Both the position numbers and the translations under genes were made by a program. Shown here piece by piece: positions 26,152-37,153 of a DNA stretch of 64,000 nucleotides. The notes beneath the pieces were generated by a model, which saw only the letters and a list, made by a program, of their open reading frames with translations, ran no database searches and was not told the DNA's origin. This stretch comes from a virus. Each line of letters opens with the position of its first letter. Position 1 is the stretch's first letter. The stretch lies in the IMG/VR virus record IMGVR_UViG_3300026097_000008, positions 1 to 64,000 of that record; one strand, given 5' to 3'.

Positions 26152-26658
26152 TTACATTAATTTTGAATAATCTATAGTTTCGCTTTGTCTGCTTATATCT
26201 TTAATAAAAAAAGCACATAAAGGCTTTGGTCCGTCTGTAATGGGTATGCTAAGTAATTGCCCATTTTTAGTTTTAGGAAAATACCATTTTACATCATTAT
26301 AAAAATTAGTTATTTTGATATCACCAAATTCAAGTTTGAAACTGGACAACGGATTAAAAAGAAAAGCTTCAAATCCTCTATCATTAATACTTGTTAATGG
26401 TAATACTTCTAAATCATTCCCACTATAGCTATCACCTACTGCCATGCTCCAATCTACTGGCATCATAATTTCTTTTCCCATTATTTCCATAACTATTGCA
26501 GGACTACTAAATGATTCTAAGAAGATTAACGGAATAAAAAAGAAATCAGGATCTTTAGGATCCGAATTATCTAGTACAGCAAATCTTACGTCGTCCTCTA
26601 ATTCGTCAGGTAAATTTGTTAAATTAAAACATTTATTTTCCAATGTAAGTATTCTCAT
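26152..26658 (-). CDS. Conserved hypothetical protein (possible degenerate Hint fold)
   Basis: ORF directly downstream of uvsW; start ATG 26658. Confidence 0.75.
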   Translation of the reverse strand: MRILTLENKCFNLTNLPDELEDDVRFAVLDNSDPKDPDFFFIPLIFLESFSSPAIVMEIMGKEIMMPVDWSMAVGDSYSGNDLEVLPLTSINDRGFEAFLFNPLSSFKLEFGDIKITNFYNDVKWYFPKTKNGQLLSIPITDGPKPLCAFFIKDISRQSETIDYSKLM

Positions 26659-26660
26659 AG

Positions 26661-28124
26661 TTAGTTCCAATCTACCTTTTCTATTGTGAAGGGGTACTGG
26701 GCTTCCTTATAAAACTTTTTACGTTGCGTAAGGTGCCGCTTCGCAAACTTACATGTTGATGTAAGGTCCCATATTTGCACGAAGTCTTTGTCCTTTGCCT
26801 TTCTTACACCTCTACCAATTGACTGGATTACTCTTACAAAACTCTTGCCCGGTTCAAGCAACACAAGATTAAAGATACGTGGAATGTTCAGTCCAACAGC
26901 CGCAACACCATATGTAGCAATGATTACTTCATTGGTGCCTTCGCGGATTGTGTCATATGTTTCTTTTCTGTCTTTGTTCTTTACAGCACCGCTTACAAAT
27001 GTGCTGCCTGGAATAAGTTCTGCTAGTGCTTCACCTGCACTAATTCTATCTACTAGTATAAGTGTGTTGCCTGATTCTTTAACTGTGTTTAATAATTTGC
27101 CTATATATTCTAATCTTGCTTGATTAGTGACCAAATACTTTAATTCTTCTTGGTACCCTGCATGCGCTACGGTATCCATTAGCTGTACAATGTTAACGTG
27201 ACACTGTGCAAGTACACCCTTGTCTTGCAATTCCTTAGCACTGATCTGTCCAATTACAGGACCTAAGCTAGCATGAATACTTTCAAATTCAAACTTCTCT
27301 TTGGGCACTGTGCCAGTTAGTCCCCAGCGGATCGGAGCATTACGTAGGTTGCGTGTAAGCAAGTTTTTGAGAACCTCTGCTTTGGCTTGATGTACTTCGT
27401 CGACAATAATAGTGCTTACACCTTCTAGGAACTCTGCCAGTCCTAATACTGCACTGCCGTCTTTGAACTTCTTGTCTAGAATGTTCAAGCTCTGCCAAGT
27501 GCAAATTGTATGAGTCTTACCTAGTTGCTTTCTGTCGCCGAAGTATACCCCTACGTCGAGACCGCAGTTAATATAGTCCTCTTCTGTTTGTTCTACTAAC
27601 GACTTGTTAGGAACAATTACTAGAGACCTACCATACGGCTCACTTATGTGTGACAGCGTTGCTGTGGTAATTGTTTTGCCTGCGCCAGTAGCAATCTGTT
27701 GTAAGCTTTGTGGATTCTTAATAAAGTTGTTGATTGCTTCTACTTGATAGTCACGCAGAATAATATCTTCGCCTTCTGCGGGATGTCCCGCCGGCCACTT
27801 AACGCCTTGATCCTTCCAGTAGTTCTCTGTGACTTCTGGAAAGTTAAACTGCACAGGATGTCGATGATCTTCAATGTCTACAATTTGAACATTATTTTTT
27901 TCCAATACACTAACAATAGTATCAAGATGGTTAACATAGCCAGTGCCACCAATACCAAAGAAAGCAACCTTACCGTCCCATCGTCCAAGTTTGTATTGTG
28001 GCATATACTTTGCATATGGCACTTCGAACTTGAGAGCGTTTGCAAGCTTACGGCGTACATCTACTTCAAGTCCTTCTAGCTTGATGTTTACTTCATCTTC
28101 GATTATTAGTTTACATGATGCCAT
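26661..28124 (-). CDS. uvsW: SF2 DNA helicase
   Basis: LRDYQ, ATGAGKT, DEVH, GLTGT, QSIGRGVR. Confidence 0.92.
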   Translation of the reverse strand: MASCKLIIEDEVNIKLEGLEVDVRRKLANALKFEVPYAKYMPQYKLGRWDGKVAFFGIGGTGYVNHLDTIVSVLEKNNVQIVDIEDHRHPVQFNFPEVTENYWKDQGVKWPAGHPAEGEDIILRDYQVEAINNFIKNPQSLQQIATGAGKTITTATLSHISEPYGRSLVIVPNKSLVEQTEEDYINCGLDVGVYFGDRKQLGKTHTICTWQSLNILDKKFKDGSAVLGLAEFLEGVSTIIVDEVHQAKAEVLKNLLTRNLRNAPIRWGLTGTVPKEKFEFESIHASLGPVIGQISAKELQDKGVLAQCHVNIVQLMDTVAHAGYQEELKYLVTNQARLEYIGKLLNTVKESGNTLILVDRISAGEALAELIPGSTFVSGAVKNKDRKETYDTIREGTNEVIIATYGVAAVGLNIPRIFNLVLLEPGKSFVRVIQSIGRGVRKAKDKDFVQIWDLTSTCKFAKRHLTQRKKFYKEAQYPFTIEKVDWN

Positions 28125-29374
28125 TAAATTTTTTCTACCTGACCTTTTAAAAACGGAGAACTATCATTATCATAATGAATGACTAAATCAAGTTCATTTA
28201 AATAATATTGTATTTTCGGGCTTGTCATGTATCTGTCGCTTCCGAACATAATTGCTGCTTTAGGTTTCCATTCAGTTTTTAATATTGTTTTTGGAAACTT
28301 ATTCTTAGTAGTATACACTACTTTGGGGAAGTTGTCAAGTTTGCTGTTTAATTTATTGTTTTTAATATATTCATTAAATTGTTTATCATTATAATCTGCA
28401 TTATCTTTTCTATAAAGTACACAAAAATCGTCATCTGCCAATATATTTTTAAACGATCCATAAGTTTTAACTAATTCATCAAAATCAGTATTTTCATTTA
28501 AAACAATCAGTAAAGGAAATCTATATAACTCAATTAGTGCTTCCGCTAGTCTATCAAAATTAAAAGTTTCAGGATTAATCAAAATTTGACGTTGATTTCT
28601 TTTTACTATTTTTTGGCCAAGAGTAGTAAGTTGGCTAATACTGCTATCTAAATCTATCTGATCAAAATGATGTAGGCCATATAACTTCTGTCTGTCCTTC
28701 AATAATGCTAAGTTGTCATTATCAGGATCTCCTATATCGGATATAATATATTCTATTGCTTTTTTATTTAAATTTTCAAGGTTAAAACTATAAACGCCTG
28801 GCACGTATTTTCGTTTGTTCTCATTCATAAATTTAATCTTTTCGTATTTCTCTTGTAGTTCAGTATCAATCTCGAAGTTTTTATCTTTGAGTGCATCGAT
28901 TACATTGAATATATTTTTTTCCGACAGTGTAAAATAATGTATTTTATTTTCTTTATCGTATACTGCATCCTCATCTGTTCTACGAATTGTCTCTATCAAA
29001 GATATTAATTTTTTATTAAAGATGAATCTAACAGCAATCCAATGATTTGTTTTGTATGATTCATATACAGTGTTTCCGGGATGTTCTACAATTTTCATCC
29101 AACGACTACGATCTAGTTGTCTCAAAGGCAATCTTAAAGATTCTAAAGCAACATCAACATTGTAATCTAACGATGTAAACTGATCAGCATATTTAGATAA
29201 TTTTTCTTTTGATAATTCGTATTGACGGTCTGTCAAACCTGTGCCTTTAAACACCTGTCTTGCCAAACTATATAATAAATTATGATCGCTAGATTCAATC
29301 TGTATTTTAGATTGTCCTTGCAGTCCTGCAAGAATCTCAAGAAGATCTTCGATGGTGTTTGCTACATTTTTCAT
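28124..29374 (-). CDS. Hypothetical protein
   Basis: 416-aa ORF; perfect sigma70 promoter at 29409-29381. Confidence 0.85.
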   Translation of the reverse strand: MKNVANTIEDLLEILAGLQGQSKIQIESSDHNLLYSLARQVFKGTGLTDRQYELSKEKLSKYADQFTSLDYNVDVALESLRLPLRQLDRSRWMKIVEHPGNTVYESYKTNHWIAVRFIFNKKLISLIETIRRTDEDAVYDKENKIHYFTLSEKNIFNVIDALKDKNFEIDTELQEKYEKIKFMNENKRKYVPGVYSFNLENLNKKAIEYIISDIGDPDNDNLALLKDRQKLYGLHHFDQIDLDSSISQLTTLGQKIVKRNQRQILINPETFNFDRLAEALIELYRFPLLIVLNENTDFDELVKTYGSFKNILADDDFCVLYRKDNADYNDKQFNEYIKNNKLNSKLDNFPKVVYTTKNKFPKTILKTEWKPKAAIMFGSDRYMTSPKIQYYLNELDLVIHYDNDSSPFLKGQVEKI

Positions 29375-29388
29375 AAGTTAATTATAAC

Positions 29389-30237
29389 TTAAAATAGCTT
29401 ACTTGTCAAGCGTTTATGTGGGATACCTTGACTAATTTCATCAACAGTATATTCTGTCCATGCGTAGTCGTTTAGCCACTGTGTTCTATCGGGCAAGGGC
29501 GGATTGTTGATGTTTGTAAGACTTTTAATACTGACGTCCCATGCAAGACTACTGTGACTAGTATAGGCAGGTATACCTTCTATAACACTGTGTATACCAG
29601 GATTGCTAGTCCAACTTACAGTACAATAGATATTACCAAATCTCATATCAAAGTCGTCGTATGTACCTGGTATTTGTCGAGGCTCTTGCCTATAAACATT
29701 TTTATATTGTGTTTCTATTGCTTCTAGTCTACATCTAGGATGAGGACGAAACAGTATAGGGCGATCAGTGTGTGCTTGTATGTTTTCAATAGTATCCATA
29801 ACCCATTGACTCATGCGAGGTTGATTACGCCACTGTTCGCTCTTTTCGTGCTGTCCTGCTATAAGAACAAACTCGCCGTCAGTACGCCAAGGCTTTAGTC
29901 TAAGACCAAGTAGATCGCTACGCCTACTATCGTTCCCAGCATCACCGAAAAAAGCATCTCTATTAATCCCATTTAATCCTACCTTCCATGTTGTACCTCG
30001 CTGTATACCACCTACTTCTAAGACCACCACCGGTTTGGATTGCGAACGTGCCCTGTCCCATATAGCTTTATTCTGAGCCATTCGACCATTCCACAGAACA
30101 CTCCAAATGACATCCACATCAGCAGTAGGGTCGTTGTCAACACAATGCCAGCCAAGGCTAGTGGCGCCAGCAGCAAAAGCATCAAAAATTGGTCCACTGT
30201 TAAGTGCGCCATATTGTCTCCATAAACTAAATTTCAT
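29389..30237 (-). CDS. Glycosyltransferase-like protein (capsule KpsS/KpsC-like fold)
   Basis: FRPHP, WTSNPGIHSVIEGIP pattern. Confidence 0.65.
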   Translation of the reverse strand: MKFSLWRQYGALNSGPIFDAFAAGATSLGWHCVDNDPTADVDVIWSVLWNGRMAQNKAIWDRARSQSKPVVVLEVGGIQRGTTWKVGLNGINRDAFFGDAGNDSRRSDLLGLRLKPWRTDGEFVLIAGQHEKSEQWRNQPRMSQWVMDTIENIQAHTDRPILFRPHPRCRLEAIETQYKNVYRQEPRQIPGTYDDFDMRFGNIYCTVSWTSNPGIHSVIEGIPAYTSHSSLAWDVSIKSLTNINNPPLPDRTQWLNDYAWTEYTVDEISQGIPHKRLTSKLF

Positions 30238-30273
30238 TTGTAAATACCTTACTATATTTACAAAGGATTAACA

Positions 30274-31113
30274 ATGTCAGACATAACTGTGATTACAACT
30301 TTCCATAAACCGGGGCTCGAGAAATATGCGCAAAGATTTTTAAATTCGTTTTCTGATCAGGTAGATAAACGCATTAAACTTGTTGTGTATGCAGAAGACT
30401 GTAATCCAATAAATCCCGATACTGATCAAATAACAGTATTAGATGCAAAGGAAGCATTGCCCAAATTAAGCGCATTTAAAGAAAAATGGAAAAATGATCC
30501 TAAAGCAAACGGTATACCGCCAGATGACATTAAGCGTAGACGTCCACGTGATTGGAACAAGGCCTTCAAATGGGATGCTGTTCGCTTTGCTAATAAAACA
30601 TATGCAGTATTCGATGCATGTGAGCATTCAAAGGGATGGGTAGTTTGGATGGACGCAGACAGCTATATTCATAGTCCGTGGAGTTATAAAGACTTTATTG
30701 CATTACTTCCTAACAATGCTTATGTCACATATGTTGGAAGGGGCCGAGGATCACAGACATGGCCAGAGTGCGGCTTTTACGGTATGAATCTAAATCATCC
30801 TACCTGTCACGAATTTCTCAAAGACTTTGAACAAATGTACGAAGATGCAGACAACGGGATCTTTACACTAGAAGAATGGCACGACAGTTATGTGTTTGGT
30901 GAAATACTTAAGAAATATAAGGACTTTCCTTCACATGATTATAGTGCAGACATGTACATGCGAGAAGCAAAAACCGGCGGTGGCGGACACCCGCTTATTA
31001 ATGGCCCTTTAGGTAAATTTATGGATCACATGAAAGGCGGGCGTAAAGATCAAGGAAAAAGCAAACCTTCAGATATAATGGTAAAACGGCAAGAAGCATA
31101 CTGGCAACGTTAG
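30274..31113 (+). CDS. GT-A glycosyltransferase
   Basis: WMDADS, ECGF, WHDS, DHMKG. Confidence 0.75.
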   Translation: MSDITVITTFHKPGLEKYAQRFLNSFSDQVDKRIKLVVYAEDCNPINPDTDQITVLDAKEALPKLSAFKEKWKNDPKANGIPPDDIKRRRPRDWNKAFKWDAVRFANKTYAVFDACEHSKGWVVWMDADSYIHSPWSYKDFIALLPNNAYVTYVGRGRGSQTWPECGFYGMNLNHPTCHEFLKDFEQMYEDADNGIFTLEEWHDSYVFGEILKKYKDFPSHDYSADMYMREAKTGGGGHPLINGPLGKFMDHMKGGRKDQGKSKPSDIMVKRQEAYWQR

Positions 31114-32030
31114 ACGTATTGGCGCATAAATTCCCATGCTTCGCCGCTCATAGTTTGGTCAAAACTCCAATGACACATAGCAATTCTTTCTAGCCATTCT
31201 TGCCTATCATACAACTTTGGATCTTCTAATCTTTTTAATGTACTATTAGCAACTTCCCCGTACATACTATATTCCTTAGCAGGATCCATTTGAAACACTG
31301 GCACGCCTTCGATTAGACTAGCAACTCCAGGACTACTGTTGAATAATACAGTTGCCCAAGCGTTTTTAAGGTCTTCTTGTATAGGCGTATCTTTATTACT
31401 TATTGTAACTCCAGGAATGTTAATCCTTAAATATTGACTAGTTTTTCCATCTCCTGGGTGACCTCTAACTACAATAGGCCTATCAGTATGTTTTTTGATC
31501 TGCATAATAACTGAATTACAAAATTGCATTACATCCATACCTTTCATGCTCCAACCGCCATTACGTTGTAAGCATACTAGAATATAATTGCCTTGCGTTC
31601 TATAATCTTTGACGTCAATACTTAAATCTTTTTTTATAGTTTGCCATCTACTAGGATCCACATCTTTATCAAAATAAAATCCTGTACCTCTAAATATTCC
31701 ATCAAAGGAATATCTCAAATAATGATGAGGTTGATTTGATTTATTAAGATAAAGAAATAAATTACTATCAACAATAAGTGACCTTTTTTTCATAAGACGT
31801 TGATGATCAATTACTCGTTGTCTTAATTGAAGATGCGGTGATTTTTTACTATTTTGATGAACAAATCCTTGCAATACAGCTACATCGCAATCAACTATAT
31901 CTGTTTTAAAATGATCGATTCCTACGTTGCCTTTAGAATTTACACCTTTTACAAAATTTGAAAGAATAGCCGGTTTTTCTGGTTTACTGTTCTTTGGTGG
32001 GATCCCACAGTGATAGCTCACTACTTTCAT
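31110..32030 (-). CDS. Glycosyltransferase-like protein (paralog of 29389-30237)
   Basis: VRGHP, FNSSPGVASLIEGVP. Confidence 0.65.
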   Translation of the reverse strand: MKVVSYHCGIPPKNSKPEKPAILSNFVKGVNSKGNVGIDHFKTDIVDCDVAVLQGFVHQNSKKSPHLQLRQRVIDHQRLMKKRSLIVDSNLFLYLNKSNQPHHYLRYSFDGIFRGTGFYFDKDVDPSRWQTIKKDLSIDVKDYRTQGNYILVCLQRNGGWSMKGMDVMQFCNSVIMQIKKHTDRPIVVRGHPGDGKTSQYLRINIPGVTISNKDTPIQEDLKNAWATVLFNSSPGVASLIEGVPVFQMDPAKEYSMYGEVANSTLKRLEDPKLYDRQEWLERIAMCHWSFDQTMSGEAWEFMRQYV

Positions 32031-33684
32031 TTACAGTCCTCCAAGCATAACCTGATTCCATTTCAGGTATAGTAAATTGACAGTATGCAATATGATTCAT
32101 AAATGCATTCATTTCTTCTTTTGTTGGTATTTTTGGTTTGTCAATATTTTCTATCTGTGTTTCGCAAATAGCTTCTGCGGCATTAGGACCGAGTACAAGA
32201 GCAGGCTTACCCTCCATTAGTGCTTCAATGCTTGCAATACTATTATAAGTTACCAAACAATGGACATCGTCTGCTAGAGCTTGTTGTATAGTTTTATTGG
32301 TAACTCTTTCTGTCCTGTTGGGTTTGAGACGTATTTCGATCGGACGGTCAGTATATTGTTTTAACTGTCTTACAGTTTGTTTAACCCATTCTTCTGGAGT
32401 TGGCTGACCAAACATATCCATAACTTTTAAACTAGGCGGACAAACTAAAATTTTACTTCCTGAGGTAAATTTTTTAAATTTATAACCGAACATCTTAGCT
32501 CTATCATTTGGCCTATCTATAATTGGACCAATTTGTTGTACATTATTTTTTGTAATACGATGTACCCATTTAGTTTTAGTATTGCCAAAATATCCAGTAT
32601 CAACTGCATAAAATGTTCTTCCGGTTTTTTTACAACTGTCGATAGCTTTTCTACTTCCGCCACCTAATCCTCTTATTAGCATCGGAGTGTTAGTATCTTT
32701 TTCTTTATCCCAATTTGACAATTGCGCTTGCGAGCCTATTGCTAAACTTCTTAAGATAGGATCATACTGATGTCCGTTAGATTTATAATTAATTCCTCCT
32801 TCACTATCAATTGCAATTACTTTATTTCCCATAGTGCTTTTTACCTTTTCTGTAATACTCTCCCAAGTATCGTTATAATAGTAATTATTAGGATCTATTT
32901 GATAATTTAAAATTGCTCTAAATAAATCCTTCTTATCATCATCTAAACTTGTAAACTCGCCGGGCTTAGGTACTTTTAACCGATTTACACTCTTAATATA
33001 CTTTTTTTCTACAAGCAACCAATCTGCGGCATACTCACATGTTTCGTATTCTTTAAACCACGGTCCGCCTTCGGTATAATGTAAAGCACATGGATGCCCG
33101 TCTTCTGGTTCTTTATACCATCCTACTAACCAGTTCCATTGATGATGAATTTTTCCAATTAGGTTATCGTTTAACCAACTAAATCTATGTAAAAATTTAC
33201 CTGAAGTTGCTGGATTATTTACTAGTTCTTTTGTTAGTTCTCTATTAGCAGGATGACTACAATTCCATAATACCATTGAACTCCAATTTTTTCTTGGATA
33301 TTGCGTTTGCTGTTTTCCATCCATCTTAGATCCTTCATCAGGAGTGTAATCGTGATGCACACACATAATAGCTTTTTCGTTATCTATTTTTTCAAACAGT
33401 TTTTCGATGCTTACTTTAAATAAGAAATCACAGTCTATGAATAAAGCCCAACCTTCAAATTTACATAGCTCTGGAATTAAAAACCTGCTAAATGTAAATT
33501 CTGTAGATCCTAGTTTATCTTCTTGTCTCCAATACATTCCTTGTTTTCTTAATTCTTCCAACTTTAAAGGAATAATTTCTATATTTTGTGGATGATTAGC
33601 TGTATCAAGAATACTTTGTTTTGCAACCTGATATGCAATGTCTTCTCTGCTATCGTACCCTATAAATATTTTTAGTGTTTCCAT
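31984..33684 (-). CDS. Two-domain glycosyltransferase (GT8-like plus KpsS-like)
   Basis: IFIGYD, STEFTFSRF, FIDCD, PRKNWSS, HYTEGGPW; C-terminal YNSIASIEALMEG. Confidence 0.8.
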   Translation of the reverse strand: METLKIFIGYDSREDIAYQVAKQSILDTANHPQNIEIIPLKLEELRKQGMYWRQEDKLGSTEFTFSRFLIPELCKFEGWALFIDCDFLFKVSIEKLFEKIDNEKAIMCVHHDYTPDEGSKMDGKQQTQYPRKNWSSMVLWNCSHPANRELTKELVNNPATSGKFLHRFSWLNDNLIGKIHHQWNWLVGWYKEPEDGHPCALHYTEGGPWFKEYETCEYAADWLLVEKKYIKSVNRLKVPKPGEFTSLDDDKKDLFRAILNYQIDPNNYYYNDTWESITEKVKSTMGNKVIAIDSEGGINYKSNGHQYDPILRSLAIGSQAQLSNWDKEKDTNTPMLIRGLGGGSRKAIDSCKKTGRTFYAVDTGYFGNTKTKWVHRITKNNVQQIGPIIDRPNDRAKMFGYKFKKFTSGSKILVCPPSLKVMDMFGQPTPEEWVKQTVRQLKQYTDRPIEIRLKPNRTERVTNKTIQQALADDVHCLVTYNSIASIEALMEGKPALVLGPNAAEAICETQIENIDKPKIPTKEEMNAFMNHIAYCQFTIPEMESGYAWRTVNESSELSLWDPTKEQ

Positions 33685-34458
33685 TCAATCTCTTCTTTCA
33701 ATGTCTTCTTCATAGCATTTGCCCCACTGTATTTCGAGTACATGTGCATTAACACCATTGGGATTGCTTGCTTTATGCCATACTTCTTTGCCTATTTCAT
33801 AAGGCATTGCGTGGGGCTGGATGTGAACGACACTTTGTCTTCCTTCCCATTCTGTTTCCATTTTGACAATACCTTCAAGAACAAGCCATTGTTCTGAACG
33901 CTCGAAGTGCTTTTGATTGCTTAAACTCTTGCCGGGGTAAATTACAAGTTCTTTTACTTTATATCCCTTCTCTGGCTTGTCGTCTAGTACACGCCAATAG
34001 CCCCAATCGCGTTCGGTCTTTTGTGTTTTCCACTCGTCAAGTATCCAACTGCTTGAATTAGCTTTGTTACTGCCGCCTACTTTAAATTTAAATTCAACAT
34101 CGGTGTGCTCGCTGTATACTTTGTATTCAGGAGTGTTGGTGTTTATTCTATCGCCGCCGTTTGCAAATACAAGATTCCAGCTACTGCCTTTTGTTGACAA
34201 TACTTGCATAATAGCATTACACGCACTATCGTCATCATCGTTGAATGCAATTACTTCGTCGACACATGCAAGTTCTTTGATAATTGCAGCACGTTCTTCT
34301 AAGGGCATAAATGGTCTGCCTTTTTTACGTGCAAGCCATTCATCTGAATTGACACCTACTACAAGATGATCACCTAATTCCCGTGCTTCTTTAAAATATG
34401 CTATGTGCCCCGAATGCAAGGGATCAAATCCGCCAGTCACTAATACCACTGTGTTCAT
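33685..34458 (-). CDS. Cytidylyl/adenylyltransferase fused to cupin
   Basis: TGGFDPLHSGH, NSD, ANGGDR; C-terminal mannose-6-P isomerase-type cupin. Confidence 0.9.
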   Translation of the reverse strand: MNTVVLVTGGFDPLHSGHIAYFKEARELGDHLVVGVNSDEWLARKKGRPFMPLEERAAIIKELACVDEVIAFNDDDDSACNAIMQVLSTKGSSWNLVFANGGDRINTNTPEYKVYSEHTDVEFKFKVGGSNKANSSSWILDEWKTQKTERDWGYWRVLDDKPEKGYKVKELVIYPGKSLSNQKHFERSEQWLVLEGIVKMETEWEGRQSVVHIQPHAMPYEIGKEVWHKASNPNGVNAHVLEIQWGKCYEEDIERRD

Positions 34459-34493
34459 GTAGATATTTATATTAGTAGTTTATTTTGTGAATT

Positions 34494-35180
34494 TTATTTG
34501 ACTTGTACATACTGTGATCTGTCAACTGTACCTTTAGGTATTTTTTTAATTGTGCGTTCTGGCCAACGAAATCTATGTTTACTCTTATAATGTATAAGTT
34601 TAGCATGCATTTGCGGTTTCTTAAAATAAAAGTTATTATATATATCGCACGGAAAAACATGAATGTTTGTATTATGTCTTGTGACTGTTGTGCCTGTATC
34701 ACTAGAACTAACATGACATAGCTTATTAAGTTCAACTTGATCACTTACTGCTGTTTCACATTGATTGATCCATTGTTTTACAAAATTTTCTGCACGAATG
34801 CTATTCCTAACAAAAACTACACCTGCATTAATAGGCAATCCGTTTTCTTTGTCTTTAGGATTTCTGCCTGTCACACCTATATCAAAATTTTGCATTGTAA
34901 TTTCGTCAAATCTGTCCCAAACAATTACATCAGCGTCGATCCACACGACATAATCATTTTTTGGAATGTTTTTCATAGCATCATATATAATACTGGGCTT
35001 GCAAGGAATCTTTGCTCCTATGTTATCGCTTACCCTTCCTGTAAAAGGTTTTCCAGTATCTAACCCGCCCAAATCGTATATTGTTGTTTTGTACCCTAGT
35101 GTCTTTGAAGAGTCAGCGCATTTATAAACATATTCTTTAAAATTAGCATCAGCTGCTGTAATAACGTGTATATCGCTCAT
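34494..35180 (-). CDS. Nucleotide-diphospho-sugar transferase
   Basis: WIDAD, INAGV, SDQ. Confidence 0.75.
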   Translation of the reverse strand: MSDIHVITAADANFKEYVYKCADSSKTLGYKTTIYDLGGLDTGKPFTGRVSDNIGAKIPCKPSIIYDAMKNIPKNDYVVWIDADVIVWDRFDEITMQNFDIGVTGRNPKDKENGLPINAGVVFVRNSIRAENFVKQWINQCETAVSDQVELNKLCHVSSSDTGTTVTRHNTNIHVFPCDIYNNFYFKKPQMHAKLIHYKSKHRFRWPERTIKKIPKGTVDRSQYVQVK

Positions 35181-36493
35181 TAATTTTTTCCTTTTTCTGT
35201 GACATGAAATCCACGTTTTTCTCTTTCTTGGAATGGAAAATTATTGATTTCTAAATATTCAGCAAGAGCATTCTTATATTTCTTATTTTTGCAATCTGCA
35301 GACAACCATAAAAATTCTTGAACTAAATCTCTATCTAAAAATGGATACCTAGTTTCTATGCCATAATTTCCTGCTACATATTCTTCTTTATTTAGATATT
35401 GTATTTGTGTTCCATCCCAAAAACTATGCCACGGAAAAAACCCTTCTAACGAGTCTGGAAATAACCCGCCAAAAGAACTGTGTTTATAGATCTTTTTACC
35501 TGCAAATCCGTAGTCGCTTAATATTTCGTCAGCACCTTGACCACTAAAATAGATTCTTTGATTTCTGTGGTTAGCATATTTACATATAGTTGTTAACCCG
35601 ACACTTGCTTGATCTTTTTTAATATCGTAATCAAAAAATTTATCTTTGTAAAAAAAGTCTTCACATGTATCTCTTAGCTGTTTTCTATTTGCTTTAAATT
35701 CTTCAGGCTTCATGTCTATTTTTACAACATCTTTGATAATAGAAAATCTTTTATTTAGAACATCGTGGTTTTCATTGTTAATAATACTATATGCAGTAAA
35801 CTTTTTATTTTGTTTTGTTAATTCGCAAGCAATCGCACCACTATCATACCCACTACTCAATCCCAAAAACATTCCTTTTTCTGTGTTAATAGATCTTTTT
35901 TGTATGCTTGTTTGAAATGCACTAATCCAGTCATCATATGTATTCTTATGTTGACGTAGATCAAAATTAAAATTTTGAAATTCGTTTGTTTGCGTGTGGC
36001 TCTTTAGATCAAATATCTTAGTAGTGTTTGCATTTAGTTTTTGAGCGTTTGAAAACCCAAGTTGTGTAAGCTGGCTTTTATAACTAGCAACAGCAAATCC
36101 ATTAGAAAAATCAAACCAAAGAGGTTTGCATGCAAATGTATCTGTACTAATAATTATTTTATTTCTAGCAAAATCTATCAAACAAAGAGCAAACTCTCCG
36201 TCGAGTAATTTTGTAAATTGTTCACCATGTTCTAAATACAAGTCTATTAGACAGTCACCGTCTGACTGATAATCACCGAACGTTTGGAAATTATATATTT
36301 CTCCATTAAAAACACATGCAATGTCGTTCTTGTAAAAAGGTTGTGATGTGTATGTTCCTGTAATGTGCAATAGATTATGTAAAAATTGCACACCATGTAT
36401 TGTTTTAATATTCGTAAGATCAGGTCCACGTTTTTTACAAAACTGATTCGACATTCCTATAGAACCTACGTTTGTGACACCAAACCCACACAT
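35180..36493 (-). CDS. Asparagine synthetase-like amidotransferase
   Basis: N-terminal MCG, RGPD, FNGEIYN, LSSGYDS, SGQGADE, RYPFLD. Confidence 0.92.
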   Translation of the reverse strand: MCGFGVTNVGSIGMSNQFCKKRGPDLTNIKTIHGVQFLHNLLHITGTYTSQPFYKNDIACVFNGEIYNFQTFGDYQSDGDCLIDLYLEHGEQFTKLLDGEFALCLIDFARNKIIISTDTFACKPLWFDFSNGFAVASYKSQLTQLGFSNAQKLNANTTKIFDLKSHTQTNEFQNFNFDLRQHKNTYDDWISAFQTSIQKRSINTEKGMFLGLSSGYDSGAIACELTKQNKKFTAYSIINNENHDVLNKRFSIIKDVVKIDMKPEEFKANRKQLRDTCEDFFYKDKFFDYDIKKDQASVGLTTICKYANHRNQRIYFSGQGADEILSDYGFAGKKIYKHSSFGGLFPDSLEGFFPWHSFWDGTQIQYLNKEEYVAGNYGIETRYPFLDRDLVQEFLWLSADCKNKKYKNALAEYLEINNFPFQEREKRGFHVTEKGKN

Positions 36494-37153
36494 TTATTTT
36501 TTTATCCTTTCTGGATTTCTTTTATCTCTACCATCAATATACATTCCGCCCACTGGACCTGGCAATACATGTATTTTAGAAAGGAGTTCATCTGGATTTA
36601 TAAATCTATCTCCTGTTTTCTTCACAGCATACAGTCTCCATTTAGAAATAGATTTTGATGTATGAGGTAATATTGCTGTATCTATAAATTCATAATCCGA
36701 AAGTTTAGTTATATTTTCCCAAAAAGATAAATCATAATAATATTGACAATGTCCTCGTTTAGTAAATTCAATATCAGGACCGATATGTATGGCAATTCCG
36801 CCAATTTTCAAACTATTATGAACATTTAGGAATGCTGTATGTTGCGATTCATATGGTTCGACATGTTCAATTGTTCCTGCATTTGTGATTACGTCAAAGT
36901 ATTCTTTGTATTCTAAAAAGTCCTCTAACTTTGACAAATCTTTAGCCAAAGCACCATGCAATCCATTTAAATCTACAGAAATGTGTTCATATCCTAGTCT
37001 AGTAAAATATTCCTTGCCTGTAGTTTCAGTTATTTGTTTGTCTGGACGAATTACTTGATTACCAAGTTCTAACATTTTTAGACCATTAGTTGAATCATAT
37101 ACTTTTCCAATCTGGTCATTTATCCAATTTAGATATGACGTCTTATACCCCAT
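36494..37153 (-). CDS. Methyltransferase-like protein
   Basis: LELGN, DVITNAGTIEHV. Confidence 0.75.
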   Translation of the reverse strand: MGYKTSYLNWINDQIGKVYDSTNGLKMLELGNQVIRPDKQITETTGKEYFTRLGYEHISVDLNGLHGALAKDLSKLEDFLEYKEYFDVITNAGTIEHVEPYESQHTAFLNVHNSLKIGGIAIHIGPDIEFTKRGHCQYYYDLSFWENITKLSDYEFIDTAILPHTSKSISKWRLYAVKKTGDRFINPDELLSKIHVLPGPVGGMYIDGRDKRNPERIKK

